From positions 1 to 64,000 of the IMG/VR virus record IMGVR_UViG_2928768511_000002: a DNA stretch of 64,000 nt; one strand, 5' to 3'. Of this stretch, positions 18,188 through 26,468 are shown one piece after another (within the stretch, counting starts at the first letter, position 1; every line of letters starts with the position of its first letter). A program made the translations under genes and the position numbers. The notes under the pieces were generated by a model that was not told the origin of the DNA, made no database searches, and saw only the letters and a program-made list of their open reading frames with translations. The stretch comes from a virus. Lineage: Duplodnaviria; Caudoviricetes.

Positions 18188-18967
18188 CTAATATACCTGA
18201 TCGCACAGGCAGCCGCCGGCATCGTTGATAGCTTTTCGACCTATCCCTGGGAAAAGGTGTTCTGCCTCCTCAGCAAGATCGCTACGTTTCGCCAAGCAAG
18301 TATCTTTGTCCCTGATGCCAATTTGCGCCAAACCGCCCTTGGCGCCGTTCACAAAGCTCACTGCCCAGTACCACTCGGGACGTGCCATTTCCTTCGCGCA
18401 TTTGAGGCTCTTCGGAGCGATAGATTTTGCGATCTGCTCGGCGTTGTCTTTGGCGTCAATAAAGGCCCGGTTGATGTCGACACCTGCCTGTTCGATCCAA
18501 CTCCGGCGGTGTGGAGGTGGCTCCGGCTCAATGGCGTGCACATGCAAGTCGTCGCCATAGGGTATACCGAATGTTTCGTCTATCAGGCGGGCGGCGCGCC
18601 TGCAGTATATAGGGTTGTTATACTTCCTGCACCATTTGGCGTGAAACAATGCGTCTTTTGCGTTGCGTACATACTCCGGAGAGCACGGTGCGTTTGAAGT
18701 TGAGCAGTCCAGAATCCTGCGACTGATTTCCTCTGCTTCCAAAGCGAGTGGATATGGAGGTGGATATTGGCGCAGATATTTTACTCCGGGCTCTTGGCAT
18801 TCCTTCGCCATGGTCTCGGCATCCTCGTGGGCAACCGGGATATCTTGTTGGCAGTGTCTGAGGTGCTCACTTAAGAGCGCTCTCGCTGCGCTTTGAAGCT
18901 GATCCGCTGCAGCTTGAACAGGAGCAATGAAGAATACCGTAACGGCCAAATATAGAAGGTACCGCAT
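18188..18967 (-). CDS. Secreted Cys-rich protein (moron)
   Basis: AAGGAGGT RBS, ATG 18967; signal peptide; 10 Cys; lower GC. Confidence 0.8.
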   Translation of the reverse strand: MRYLLYLAVTVFFIAPVQAAADQLQSAARALLSEHLRHCQQDIPVAHEDAETMAKECQEPGVKYLRQYPPPYPLALEAEEISRRILDCSTSNAPCSPEYVRNAKDALFHAKWCRKYNNPIYCRRAARLIDETFGIPYGDDLHVHAIEPEPPPHRRSWIEQAGVDINRAFIDAKDNAEQIAKSIAPKSLKCAKEMARPEWYWAVSFVNGAKGGLAQIGIRDKDTCLAKRSDLAEEAEHLFPGIGRKAINDAGGCLCDQVY

Positions 18968-19011
18968 AGCGACCTCCTTCTTATCGTCTCGGACCGAAAA
19001 TACCACGAAGG

Positions 19012-19086
19012 GCCAGTGTAGCTCAACGGTAGAGCAGCGGAATCATAAACCGCAGGTCGTTGGTTCAACTCCTCCCCCTGGCACCA
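19012..19086 (+). tRNA. tRNA-Met or Ile2 (CAT), non-initiator, with stem mismatches
   Basis: Cloverleaf with GCTC/GAGC D stem, CAT anticodon, TTCAACT loop, encoded CCA; two T-stem mismatches and A31-A39. Confidence 0.7.
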
Positions 19087-19249
19087 TCATTCGGTCGAGG
19101 ACGGAACGGCCTCCCGTCGCGCCATGATGACGATGGCAAAGTAGCTGACGCCGCCGCGTTGCGGGTAGCGAAGAGATGCGGGAGAGAGCGCCCCGCCGAT
19201 CGAAACGCAATTCACGCCATTCAAAATTCATGCATCGGGGTCCTCTGGC

Positions 19250-19286
19250 GTGAAAAACAAAAGGGCCTGCGGTAAACGCAGGCCCT
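19250..19286 (-). terminator. Intrinsic terminator
   Basis: 10-bp stem AGGGCCTGCG/CGCAGGCCCT followed by U tract on minus strand. Confidence 0.75.
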
Positions 19287-19316
19287 CGAAGCGATCAGAA
19301 AATGAAGGAGCGATGA

Positions 19317-19448
19317 TTACTTGCCGCCACCACCCGGATCATGGCCGCCGCCGCCGGCAACGACCGTCTGCGAACTGAGGGTGAGGACACCGATTGTCCC
19401 GCCCGCGAGCCCAAGAACCAACGCGATAGCGATAACGATCTTGCGCAT
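19317..19448 (-). CDS. 43-aa secreted or membrane micropeptide
   Basis: MRKIVIAIALVLGLAGGTIGVLTLSSQTVVAGGGGHDPGGGGK; GAGGT RBS; own terminator. Confidence 0.65.
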   Translation of the reverse strand: MRKIVIAIALVLGLAGGTIGVLTLSSQTVVAGGGGHDPGGGGK

Positions 19449-19555
19449 TTGACACCTCAAAAGAGTAAGTCACGAACATTAGTTCTGACTGGCATTGCGG
19501 TTGTTCAAGGGCAAGCTCGTTAAGTTTTCGTAATCCAAAATATTATGGAGAAACA

Positions 19556-20047
19556 ATGCGACGGCTGCGGTCGGCGATCTGTGCCGGCTGCCAGTCGCCA
19601 TTTGTGACGCGGAACGCGAACCCTAAATTCTGCTCCAGCTCTTGCGCTGCGATGTTCAATAACTCGTTCGCTCCAAAGCGTGCAGCAAAGCCGCGTCTGC
19701 CTTGCGAAGTGTGCGGCGAGCCAACCAGGCGAAAGCGGTTTTGCAGTCGCCTCTGCACGTACGAAGGTCAGAGGAAGTACTCCACCGAAGAGGAACGGCG
19801 GAAAGCTGACCGAGCGATCAAAAATGAAGCTTGGCAGCGCTACATGGCGCGCCGTCGAAACCAGACGCCGGTCAATGTCGATGTGAAGGCGTTGCAAGAG
19901 ATCTATCTGACTTGCCCGGAAGGGTACGAGGTAGACCACAAGATCCCGATCTCGAAGGGCGGTTTGCACTGCCCGTCAAATCTGCAGCACCTCCCAACAC
20001 CTGAGAACAGGCGAAAGGGGGCGAAGCTGCTTCCAGAATATCAGTGA
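19556..20047 (+). CDS. HNH endonuclease with N-terminal Zn fingers
   Basis: CxxC...CSxxC repeats; YEVDHKIPISKGGLHCPSNLQHL...NRRK. Confidence 0.9.
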   Translation: MRRLRSAICAGCQSPFVTRNANPKFCSSSCAAMFNNSFAPKRAAKPRLPCEVCGEPTRRKRFCSRLCTYEGQRKYSTEEERRKADRAIKNEAWQRYMARRRNQTPVNVDVKALQEIYLTCPEGYEVDHKIPISKGGLHCPSNLQHLPTPENRRKGAKLLPEYQ

Positions 20048-20113
20048 GCGCATGGGCGCGGCCCGGTCTCCAAAACCGTGTGTCCGCTGGTTCGAATCCA
20101 GCCACGGATGCCA
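20040..20113 (+). tRNA. Degenerate tRNA-Trp (CCA)
   Basis: CGGT-CTCCAAA-ACCG arm, perfect T arm GCTGG-TTCGAAT-CCAGC, G73-CCA; acceptor stem 6/7; aberrant short D arm; overlaps HNH stop. Confidence 0.5.
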
Positions 20114-20127
20114 ACCAAATGCACTGT

Positions 20128-20160
20128 GCTGCGAGAGTTCAAGTCTCTCCCCCGGTGCCA
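20128..20160 (+). pseudogene. 3' half of a tRNA
   Basis: T arm GAGAG-TTCAAGT-CTCTC, 7-nt acceptor strand, G-CCA; no matching 5' strand nearby. Confidence 0.5.
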
Positions 20161-20178
20161 AACAAAAAAAGAAGAACG

Positions 20179-22017
20179 ATGGGCACGTTACGCTACCAGG
20201 TGCTGTCCCCGAGCGGCATCAGCATTGGCACGGACTTCTATGCGCTAAACTCGATCGTCACCCTGACGGAAGAGGGCGCGAAGTACCTTCTACTCAACAG
20301 GCAGATCTGTCTTGCAACTGGTCAGCAGGCGCCGGCCGGCCAGCCGCCGGCTCCCAACGAGGACGACGTCTATCTCGACGTTCGGTACAACGGCGTCATC
20401 GAGACGATATCGCTCACGAAGCTGCGCTCGATGTTTCCGAGCATCAAGGGCGATGCTGGTCCGCTAGGTCCGAAGGGGCCCGCCGGCCCGCAGGGCGAGA
20501 AGGGACTCAAGGGCGACACCGGGCGCGGCATTGCGCTCAAGGGCATTGTCGCAACCAATCTCGATCTGCCGTCCAGTGCCGAGGAGGGAGATGTCTGGCT
20601 CGCTGAAGAGACCGGCCGCGGTTACGCCTGGTCTGACGGCAATTGGAAAGACATCGGCGCCTTCCGTGGTCCGCAAGGCGGCCAAGGACCGGCTGGTCCC
20701 GCCGGCCCGCGCGGTCTGAAGGGCGATCAGGGCGTTCCTGGCCCGAAGGGCGAGGCGGGGCTTAAGGGTGATCCTGGCGATCCGGGCAATCCGACGTACG
20801 CCTATCGGGCAGAAGCCGGCATGACGGCAGCTGAAGCATCAGCGACGTCTGCTGCCGCCAGCAACGCATCCGCGGCCAATCACGAGGCCAACGCGCGATC
20901 CTACAAGCAGGGGGCTGAGACCGCCGCAACGAACGCCGCCGCCAGCGAAACGTCAGCGAACCAGCACATGGTTGACGCAGCGGCGTCGCGAGACGCGGCT
21001 GCTGGTAGCGCGCTCAGCGCCGGCACTTCGGCGGGCGTAGCGACGACGGCGGCCGGCAGTGCGCAGGGATACGCAACCTCCGCACAGACCTCCGCTGAAA
21101 CTGCAGTAAGCGCTCAGAACGCTGCGGCCGACGCCGTGACCAAGATCAACGAGTTCAAGGGCATCTACTACGGTGGTCTCACCGCTGATCCCGCGTCTGA
21201 TCCGCTTGGCGCCGCGCCGAACGGTGGCGACTTCTACTTCAACACCACGACCAAGAAATTCCGCGCCTACGATAGCACGGCCTGGAACGACATGGTGTCG
21301 GTTGGAACGCTGAAGCGCTTCATCTTCTCGGCCGGCGCCGGGCAGACGACGTTCACGGGCGCCGACGCCTTCACCAGGACGCTGGCCTACACCCCAGGCG
21401 CGGTCGAGGTCGTGGTCAACGGCATGTGGCTGCCATACAGCGACTACACGGCCAACAACGGCACGTCTATCGTGCTGAACACGCCGTGCGCTGGCACCGA
21501 CGTCGTTTACGTGTTTGCCATGAGCGCCTACAGCGCGGCCGACACCCTGCAGAAGTCGGCGAACGGCTCTGACATCCTCGACAAGGCTGCGTTCCGTAGC
21601 AATCTCGGCCTTGGTACCGCCGTAGGTCAGATCGGCCAGCGTCTCGTTGCTCAGGGCTCCACTGGCAACCTCGTCACTGGCGTGCCGCAGACCTGCACCT
21701 CGATCCTGTTGCCGGTCGGCACCTGGGACATCGAGGCGCACGCGGTCTTTGGAGGTTCGGGCAGCACAGCGACGTCGGACTGGATCTCGATGTTGGCTGC
21801 AAGGGGAGCCACCGTTTCGGCTGGCGATACGGTCGGCGTCAGCATGCACACGCGCATGCCAAGTGGCTACGACTATTCGATCAATCACACACACCCGAAG
21901 AGCCGGATCACCTCCGACGGCACCTACACCATCTACCTGAACGCACAGGCGACGGTGAACACCGGAACGGTTTTCAACTGCACCGGGACACTTCAAGCAA
22001 TCAAGGTGGCGGCATAA
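20179..22017 (+). CDS. Collagen-repeat fibre protein
   Basis: G-X-Y runs, Ala/Ser coiled segment, GDFYFNTTT..YD..W and NGSDILDKAAFRSNLGL fibre motifs. Confidence 0.8.
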   Translation: MGTLRYQVLSPSGISIGTDFYALNSIVTLTEEGAKYLLLNRQICLATGQQAPAGQPPAPNEDDVYLDVRYNGVIETISLTKLRSMFPSIKGDAGPLGPKGPAGPQGEKGLKGDTGRGIALKGIVATNLDLPSSAEEGDVWLAEETGRGYAWSDGNWKDIGAFRGPQGGQGPAGPAGPRGLKGDQGVPGPKGEAGLKGDPGDPGNPTYAYRAEAGMTAAEASATSAAASNASAANHEANARSYKQGAETAATNAAASETSANQHMVDAAASRDAAAGSALSAGTSAGVATTAAGSAQGYATSAQTSAETAVSAQNAAADAVTKINEFKGIYYGGLTADPASDPLGAAPNGGDFYFNTTTKKFRAYDSTAWNDMVSVGTLKRFIFSAGAGQTTFTGADAFTRTLAYTPGAVEVVVNGMWLPYSDYTANNGTSIVLNTPCAGTDVVYVFAMSAYSAADTLQKSANGSDILDKAAFRSNLGLGTAVGQIGQRLVAQGSTGNLVTGVPQTCTSILLPVGTWDIEAHAVFGGSGSTATSDWISMLAARGATVSAGDTVGVSMHTRMPSGYDYSINHTHPKSRITSDGTYTIYLNAQATVNTGTVFNCTGTLQAIKVAA

Positions 22018-22018
22018 G

Positions 22019-22801
22019 ATGGCCTTCTCAGTTCTAGCGGCGGCGCAGGCTCGCGCCGTCCCCACAGGTCAGTGCAAGCTGGTCTACACCAGTGCCACGC
22101 AGCTTACGCTGAAGCCGTTCCAGGGCGCCGCGCTCAAGATCAATGGCGCGGCGTATACGCTACCTTCTGGTGGTATCAGCGTTACGAACGCCGGCCTAGG
22201 CCCCAACGTGCTCGCCTACGTGTATGCGTACATTAACGCAGGCGCCGTCACGTTGGGGTTCTGGACCACAGGGCACACCACCGACACAGCCGCAGGCAAC
22301 GTTGGTGTCGAGATTATGAACGGCGACCCCACAAAGTCGCTCGTGGGCATGGTGCAAACCAACGCATCCGGGCAGTTCGTCGATAGCAACACGAACCGGC
22401 AGGTCCGCTCGTGGTTCAACGACTCCGGCGTCCAATTCTTCAACGCCACGTCCACGACCGTATCGACTTCCAACACGTTTTGGACCGAGCTTGATGCTGG
22501 TGTTCGCATTTTCGTCTTGGGGTGGGCGGGTGAGCAGTTCGCTGCAACGTTCGCTGTCTCTGTCTCGAACAACACGTTAGGCGCCACGACATACATAGTC
22601 CCATGGGTCGATGGCGGTCTGTTCGGCCTTTACACCTTCATGCACGCACCCGCTGCAGGCTACTATGAAACCGTGACGCCGAACGCAGGCTCAGTGTTCG
22701 GATCCGATTCAGTCCGTACATTGGCGTTGGCTGGACAGGTCGGCGCCGGCACCCTGACGACAACCAACAAACATATCAGCGGTTTTACGCTGCGGAGATA
22801 A
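22019..22801 (+). CDS. Fibre-associated beta-rich protein
   Basis: Gly/Thr-rich beta-type sequence directly after fibre gene. Confidence 0.65.
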   Translation: MAFSVLAAAQARAVPTGQCKLVYTSATQLTLKPFQGAALKINGAAYTLPSGGISVTNAGLGPNVLAYVYAYINAGAVTLGFWTTGHTTDTAAGNVGVEIMNGDPTKSLVGMVQTNASGQFVDSNTNRQVRSWFNDSGVQFFNATSTTVSTSNTFWTELDAGVRIFVLGWAGEQFAATFAVSVSNNTLGATTYIVPWVDGGLFGLYTFMHAPAAGYYETVTPNAGSVFGSDSVRTLALAGQVGAGTLTTTNKHISGFTLRR

Positions 22802-22804
22802 TCA

Positions 22805-23197
22805 GTGATCCACTACGACATCGTTCAAGCCATCGAGTCCATCCGACCCGGTGCGAAGTTCACTCTCCGAGGTGACGACATCAGCGGCCTTGAGTGGAGT
22901 GACCCCACGCCAGCGCCGACCGCGGATGAAATCCTTATGGCCCTGCAGTCTCTGCCGAGGCCCGTCAACCCGCAAGATCTGATGGCACAGATCACCGTCG
23001 ACGATGCCGCCAAGATCCAGGCCTACATCGCCGACAAGCCGCAGGCTTGGCTGCTCTGGGCGTCCTTCAACACCCAGAAGGACGCAATGCTGACCAGCAA
23101 CGAACGCTTCAGGGCGGGGTGGTTCACGCTCAAGGACATCATCGGCGATGAGCGAATGAGCCAGATCGCCCAAGCACTTGGCATCACCGTAACCTGA
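22805..23197 (+). CDS. XkdW-like fibre assembly protein
   Basis: AIESIRPGAKFTLRGD...LEW.DPTPAPT.DEI. Confidence 0.65.
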   Translation: MIHYDIVQAIESIRPGAKFTLRGDDISGLEWSDPTPAPTADEILMALQSLPRPVNPQDLMAQITVDDAAKIQAYIADKPQAWLLWASFNTQKDAMLTSNERFRAGWFTLKDIIGDERMSQIAQALGITVT

Positions 23198-23225
23198 GGC
23201 ATGACGGCCTCGTATTGAGGCCCAA

Positions 23226-23639
23226 ATGTTTTCGCTCCTTCTCACGTTCCTTCCCGGGTTCGCGTCCGGCTTTCTGAACTGGCTCAGCAAGAAGACCGAC
23301 GCGGACCTGGAGAAGTTCAAGACCTCTGTGGGCGGCGACGTCACGCTGAACGTCGCCGAGCTGCGCTACAAGGTCGAGGTCGCCCGCATGGCGGCCGAGA
23401 TGCGCAAGGAGGACCGCGAGCACTGGTTCACCGCATGGATGGTTCCTGTCGCCTTCGCGGTCCTATTCTTTCACGTCGCGGCGGTCGTCTTCGACTCCAT
23501 GCCGCTGCTCGGTCACGAGATCGGCAGCTGGAAGATCGCCGCGCTCCCGGCGCCCTACAACACCATGCAGGAACAGATCGTCCTCACGATCTGCGGTGTC
23601 GCGGGCATCTCCACCATCAAGAAGATTTTCTCCCGATGA
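23226..23639 (+). CDS. Multi-TM membrane protein, possible holin
   Basis: Two to three hydrophobic segments, basic C-terminus. Confidence 0.55.
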   Translation: MFSLLLTFLPGFASGFLNWLSKKTDADLEKFKTSVGGDVTLNVAELRYKVEVARMAAEMRKEDREHWFTAWMVPVAFAVLFFHVAAVVFDSMPLLGHEIGSWKIAALPAPYNTMQEQIVLTICGVAGISTIKKIFSR

Positions 23640-23968
23640 AATCCATCACCGACTCGACCCCGATCTCGGACGTGCTCGCTGCGCCGACACCAGTGCTTAT
23701 CAAGTTTGAGGCGAAGTGGTGTCAGCCCTGCAAAGCGATGACGCCGATCGTCCAAGAAGTCGAGAAGGACTTCGATGGCAAGGTGGAGGTCTTCACTGCC
23801 AACGTCGAGCACTGCTCGCTTCTGGCGCAGCGCTTCAAAATCAACCAGATCCCGGCGCTAGTCGCGATCGACAATGGAATGGTCACCGCGGTCAAGACCG
23901 GCGCGGCCAAGAAGTCGGATATCCTCTCATGGATCGAGCTGGCGCTGCCAAGCCTTCAGAAGTCCTGA
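23636..23968 (+). CDS. Thioredoxin
   Basis: F.AKWCQPCK motif, cis-Pro motif QIPAL; ATGA overlap. Confidence 0.9.
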   Translation: MKSITDSTPISDVLAAPTPVLIKFEAKWCQPCKAMTPIVQEVEKDFDGKVEVFTANVEHCSLLAQRFKINQIPALVAIDNGMVTAVKTGAAKKSDILSWIELALPSLQKS

Positions 23969-24201
23969 CCTACGATCCCGCCCAGGACTTCGGCTTCGAG
24001 ATCAATCTAGCCGAAGGGACCATGACCTTCGAGGGCGGGTTCAAGGCCGATATCACCGAGATCCTCGACTGCTACGGCGATGAGACCGAGGACCCGGAGG
24101 AGGCTAGATACATCATCGTCGAGATGCCGCCTGACGGCCTGTGGGTGACGATCGACCTCAGCCAAGTCGGTCCCCAACAGGTTCAGGCCGCGCCTCACTA
24201 A
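23929..24201 (+). CDS. Small acidic hypothetical protein (start uncertain)
   Basis: GC3-rich frame from about 23965. Confidence 0.55.
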   Translation: MDRAGAAKPSEVLTYDPAQDFGFEINLAEGTMTFEGGFKADITEILDCYGDETEDPEEARYIIVEMPPDGLWVTIDLSQVGPQQVQAAPH

Positions 24202-24226
24202 CCAGTCGCAAGAAAGAACAAGAACA

Positions 24227-24769
24227 ATGACTGATCTACCGCCGCGTCGCCGTGGACGGCCGACGAAGGAGGAGGCTGCCGCGCGCGAGGCCGCAGCGAA
24301 AGCCGCCGCAGAGAAGGATGCGGAGGAGGGCGCCTTTCTCGACGAGATCCTTTCGGCTCCCGTCCAGGCGCGCAAGACCAAGCTCCAGCCCGACGAAGAC
24401 ACGCTGCGCGCTCTCTCCGAGCTGGCGAAGCTGTTCTGCACTCAAGACGAGGCCGCAGGCGTTCTCGGCGTCAGCCGGCGCACGCTGGTTAGTTTTCTGA
24501 GTGAGCACGAGGTCGCCAGGGATGCCTGGGACGACGGGCAGCAGCGCGCGAAGGTTTCGCTGCGCCGGAAGCAGATGGCGCTGGCCGACAAGAACGCGCC
24601 GGCCTCGATCTTCCTCGGCAAGAACTATCTCGGCCAGAAGGACGAGAACCACACCAACCTCAGCGTCAAGACTGAGGCAGCTCAGATGACCGAGGAGCAG
24701 CTCCTGGAGATCGCAGCTCGAGCCCCGGCCGTACCTCGCACGCCGCCCAAGAAGGAAAGCGTCCACTGA
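24227..24769 (+). CDS. terS: Terminase small subunit
   Basis: HTH (CTQDEAAGVLGVSRRTL), SLRRKQ..LA...IFLGKNYLGQKD; upstream of terL. Confidence 0.8.
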   Translation: MTDLPPRRRGRPTKEEAAAREAAAKAAAEKDAEEGAFLDEILSAPVQARKTKLQPDEDTLRALSELAKLFCTQDEAAGVLGVSRRTLVSFLSEHEVARDAWDDGQQRAKVSLRRKQMALADKNAPASIFLGKNYLGQKDENHTNLSVKTEAAQMTEEQLLEIAARAPAVPRTPPKKESVH

Positions 24770-24986
24770 CGCCAACACAACAAGACCCCTGACGGGATCG
24801 ATCGTGGCAGTCGGAGCTTCCGTTACCCGGTGACGATCGACCGCAATACTAAGTCCTGAAGCAACAGGACGATCCTCTTGGCCAGAGGGCGTGGGGTCCT
24901 CCTTTTCACTCTGACCGAGTTGCCGCTTCGGGGGCATCAGCGCGCGCCGCACGCCTTGGTCGGAGTCTAAACCTCAAGAGAAAATC

Positions 24987-26450
24987 GTGAACAGCATCAC
25001 CGAGGTCTCCCCCGAGGAGGCCGCGGCCGAAATCCTGCGTCGTAGGAGGGGCCGCGAACGCCTCATCGACTTCACCGAGTACACGCTCCACAAATACTAT
25101 GCCGATCCCTTCCACCACATCGTGGCGGATGCGCTTGAGCGCGTTGAGCGAGGAGAATGCAAGCGCCTCATGATCTTCGCGCCGCCGCGGCACGGCAAGA
25201 GCGAGCTGTCGACCCGACGCTTCCCGGCGTGGTTCCTGGGACGCAATCCCGACAAGAACATCATCTCGGCGTCCTACAACGGCGACTTCGCCACCACCTT
25301 CGGCCGCGAAGTCCGCGGAATCGTCCGCAGCGCCGAATACAATCGGCTGTTCCCATCCGTCGCGATCCGGTCCGACAACCGCGCAGCAGACGAGTGGGAG
25401 CTGGAAGCCGGCGGCAAATACTTCGCAGTGGGCGTCGGCACCGGTACCACCGGTAAGGGCGCCAATCTCTTTCTGATCGACGACCCGATCAAGGATCGCA
25501 AAGAAGTCAAGTCGGCCAACTTCCGCCAGGACCAGTGGGACTGGTACCGCGACGTCGTCTACACCCGTCTCGAAGAAGACGCTGCAATCGTCCTCACGCT
25601 GACGCGGTGGCACTACGACGATATCGCCGGCCGCCTCATCGACATGATGAACGACGGCAAAGGTCTCCCGTGGGAGATCCTACTGCTGCCTGCGCTTCCC
25701 GAGGTCAAATGGGCTGAGGGTGAGGACGGCGTCAAGCGCATGATCCTCAACGAGGACGGCACAGTCCCAGGCGACCCGCTACGGCGCAAGCCCAAGGAGC
25801 CACTGGCACCGAACCGCTTCTCCTACAACGCGCTGATGGACCGCTCCGAGGTTCTCGGCGAGCGCTCGTTCTCCGCGCTTTACCAGCAGAAGCCGATGGC
25901 CGACGACGGCGGCTTGTTCCGAGCCGACTGGTTCGAGGCTCCGACTGAGCTTCCGGCCAAGCGCGTGCGCGTGCGCGCGTGGGACTTGGCGGCGTCATCT
26001 GACGGCGACTGGACGGTCGGTGTCCTGATGTCGAAGGACAGCCAAGGCATCTTCTACATCGAGAGCGTCATCCGCTTCCGCGGCTCTCCGCTGGAGGTCG
26101 AGAAGAAGATCTTCGAGACAGCCAGAAACGACGGACGATCGGTCTCGATCATCATCCCGCAAGACCCGGGCCAGGCCGGCAAGAGCCAGGCCCAGAACTT
26201 CATCCGCCGGCTCGCCGGCTACATCGTCAAGACACCGCGCCCCACTGGTTCGAAAGAGACCCGGGCTGCCGCATTCGCTGCGCAGGCCGAGGGGAGGAAC
26301 GTGAAGATGGTGGTGGGCAGTTGGAATGACTGCTTCACCGACGAATTGGAAACCTTCCCCCTTGGCGTCCACGACGACCAGGTGGACGCGGCTTCCGATG
26401 CCTTCAACGAACTCCTCGGTCCACGCAAGGCGGCGATCCTTGACTGGTAA
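24987..26450 (+). CDS. terL: Terminase large subunit
   Basis: Walker A PPRHGKS, Walker B LIDDP, nuclease AWDLA...HDDQVDA. Confidence 0.95.
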   Translation: MNSITEVSPEEAAAEILRRRRGRERLIDFTEYTLHKYYADPFHHIVADALERVERGECKRLMIFAPPRHGKSELSTRRFPAWFLGRNPDKNIISASYNGDFATTFGREVRGIVRSAEYNRLFPSVAIRSDNRAADEWELEAGGKYFAVGVGTGTTGKGANLFLIDDPIKDRKEVKSANFRQDQWDWYRDVVYTRLEEDAAIVLTLTRWHYDDIAGRLIDMMNDGKGLPWEILLLPALPEVKWAEGEDGVKRMILNEDGTVPGDPLRRKPKEPLAPNRFSYNALMDRSEVLGERSFSALYQQKPMADDGGLFRADWFEAPTELPAKRVRVRAWDLAASSDGDWTVGVLMSKDSQGIFYIESVIRFRGSPLEVEKKIFETARNDGRSVSIIIPQDPGQAGKSQAQNFIRRLAGYIVKTPRPTGSKETRAAAFAAQAEGRNVKMVVGSWNDCFTDELETFPLGVHDDQVDAASDAFNELLGPRKAAILDW

Positions 26451-26468
26451 CGTCAGGACCCATTTGAA

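Noticed and set aside
19520-19555. dif-like site (TTATGGAG arm); also TGTATA at about 13047
   Set aside because: XerC arm does not match; the sequence is explained by the HNH RBS and an AT-rich promoter
19480-20113. HNH as an intron-encoded ORF splitting a tRNA
   Set aside because: No 5' tRNA half upstream of the HNH and no recognisable group I core; the acceptor 5' strand is found at 20040
20044-20178. N-terminal extension of the collagen fibre ORF
   Set aside because: Runs through tRNA-like sequences; ATG 20179 is the plausible start
24845-24875. Hammerhead ribozyme (GUCC...GGAC GA)
   Set aside because: Lacks CUGANGA and GAAA core; the similar CTGTGAG-GGGAC-GAAA at about 4003-4018 also lacks core A6 and stem II
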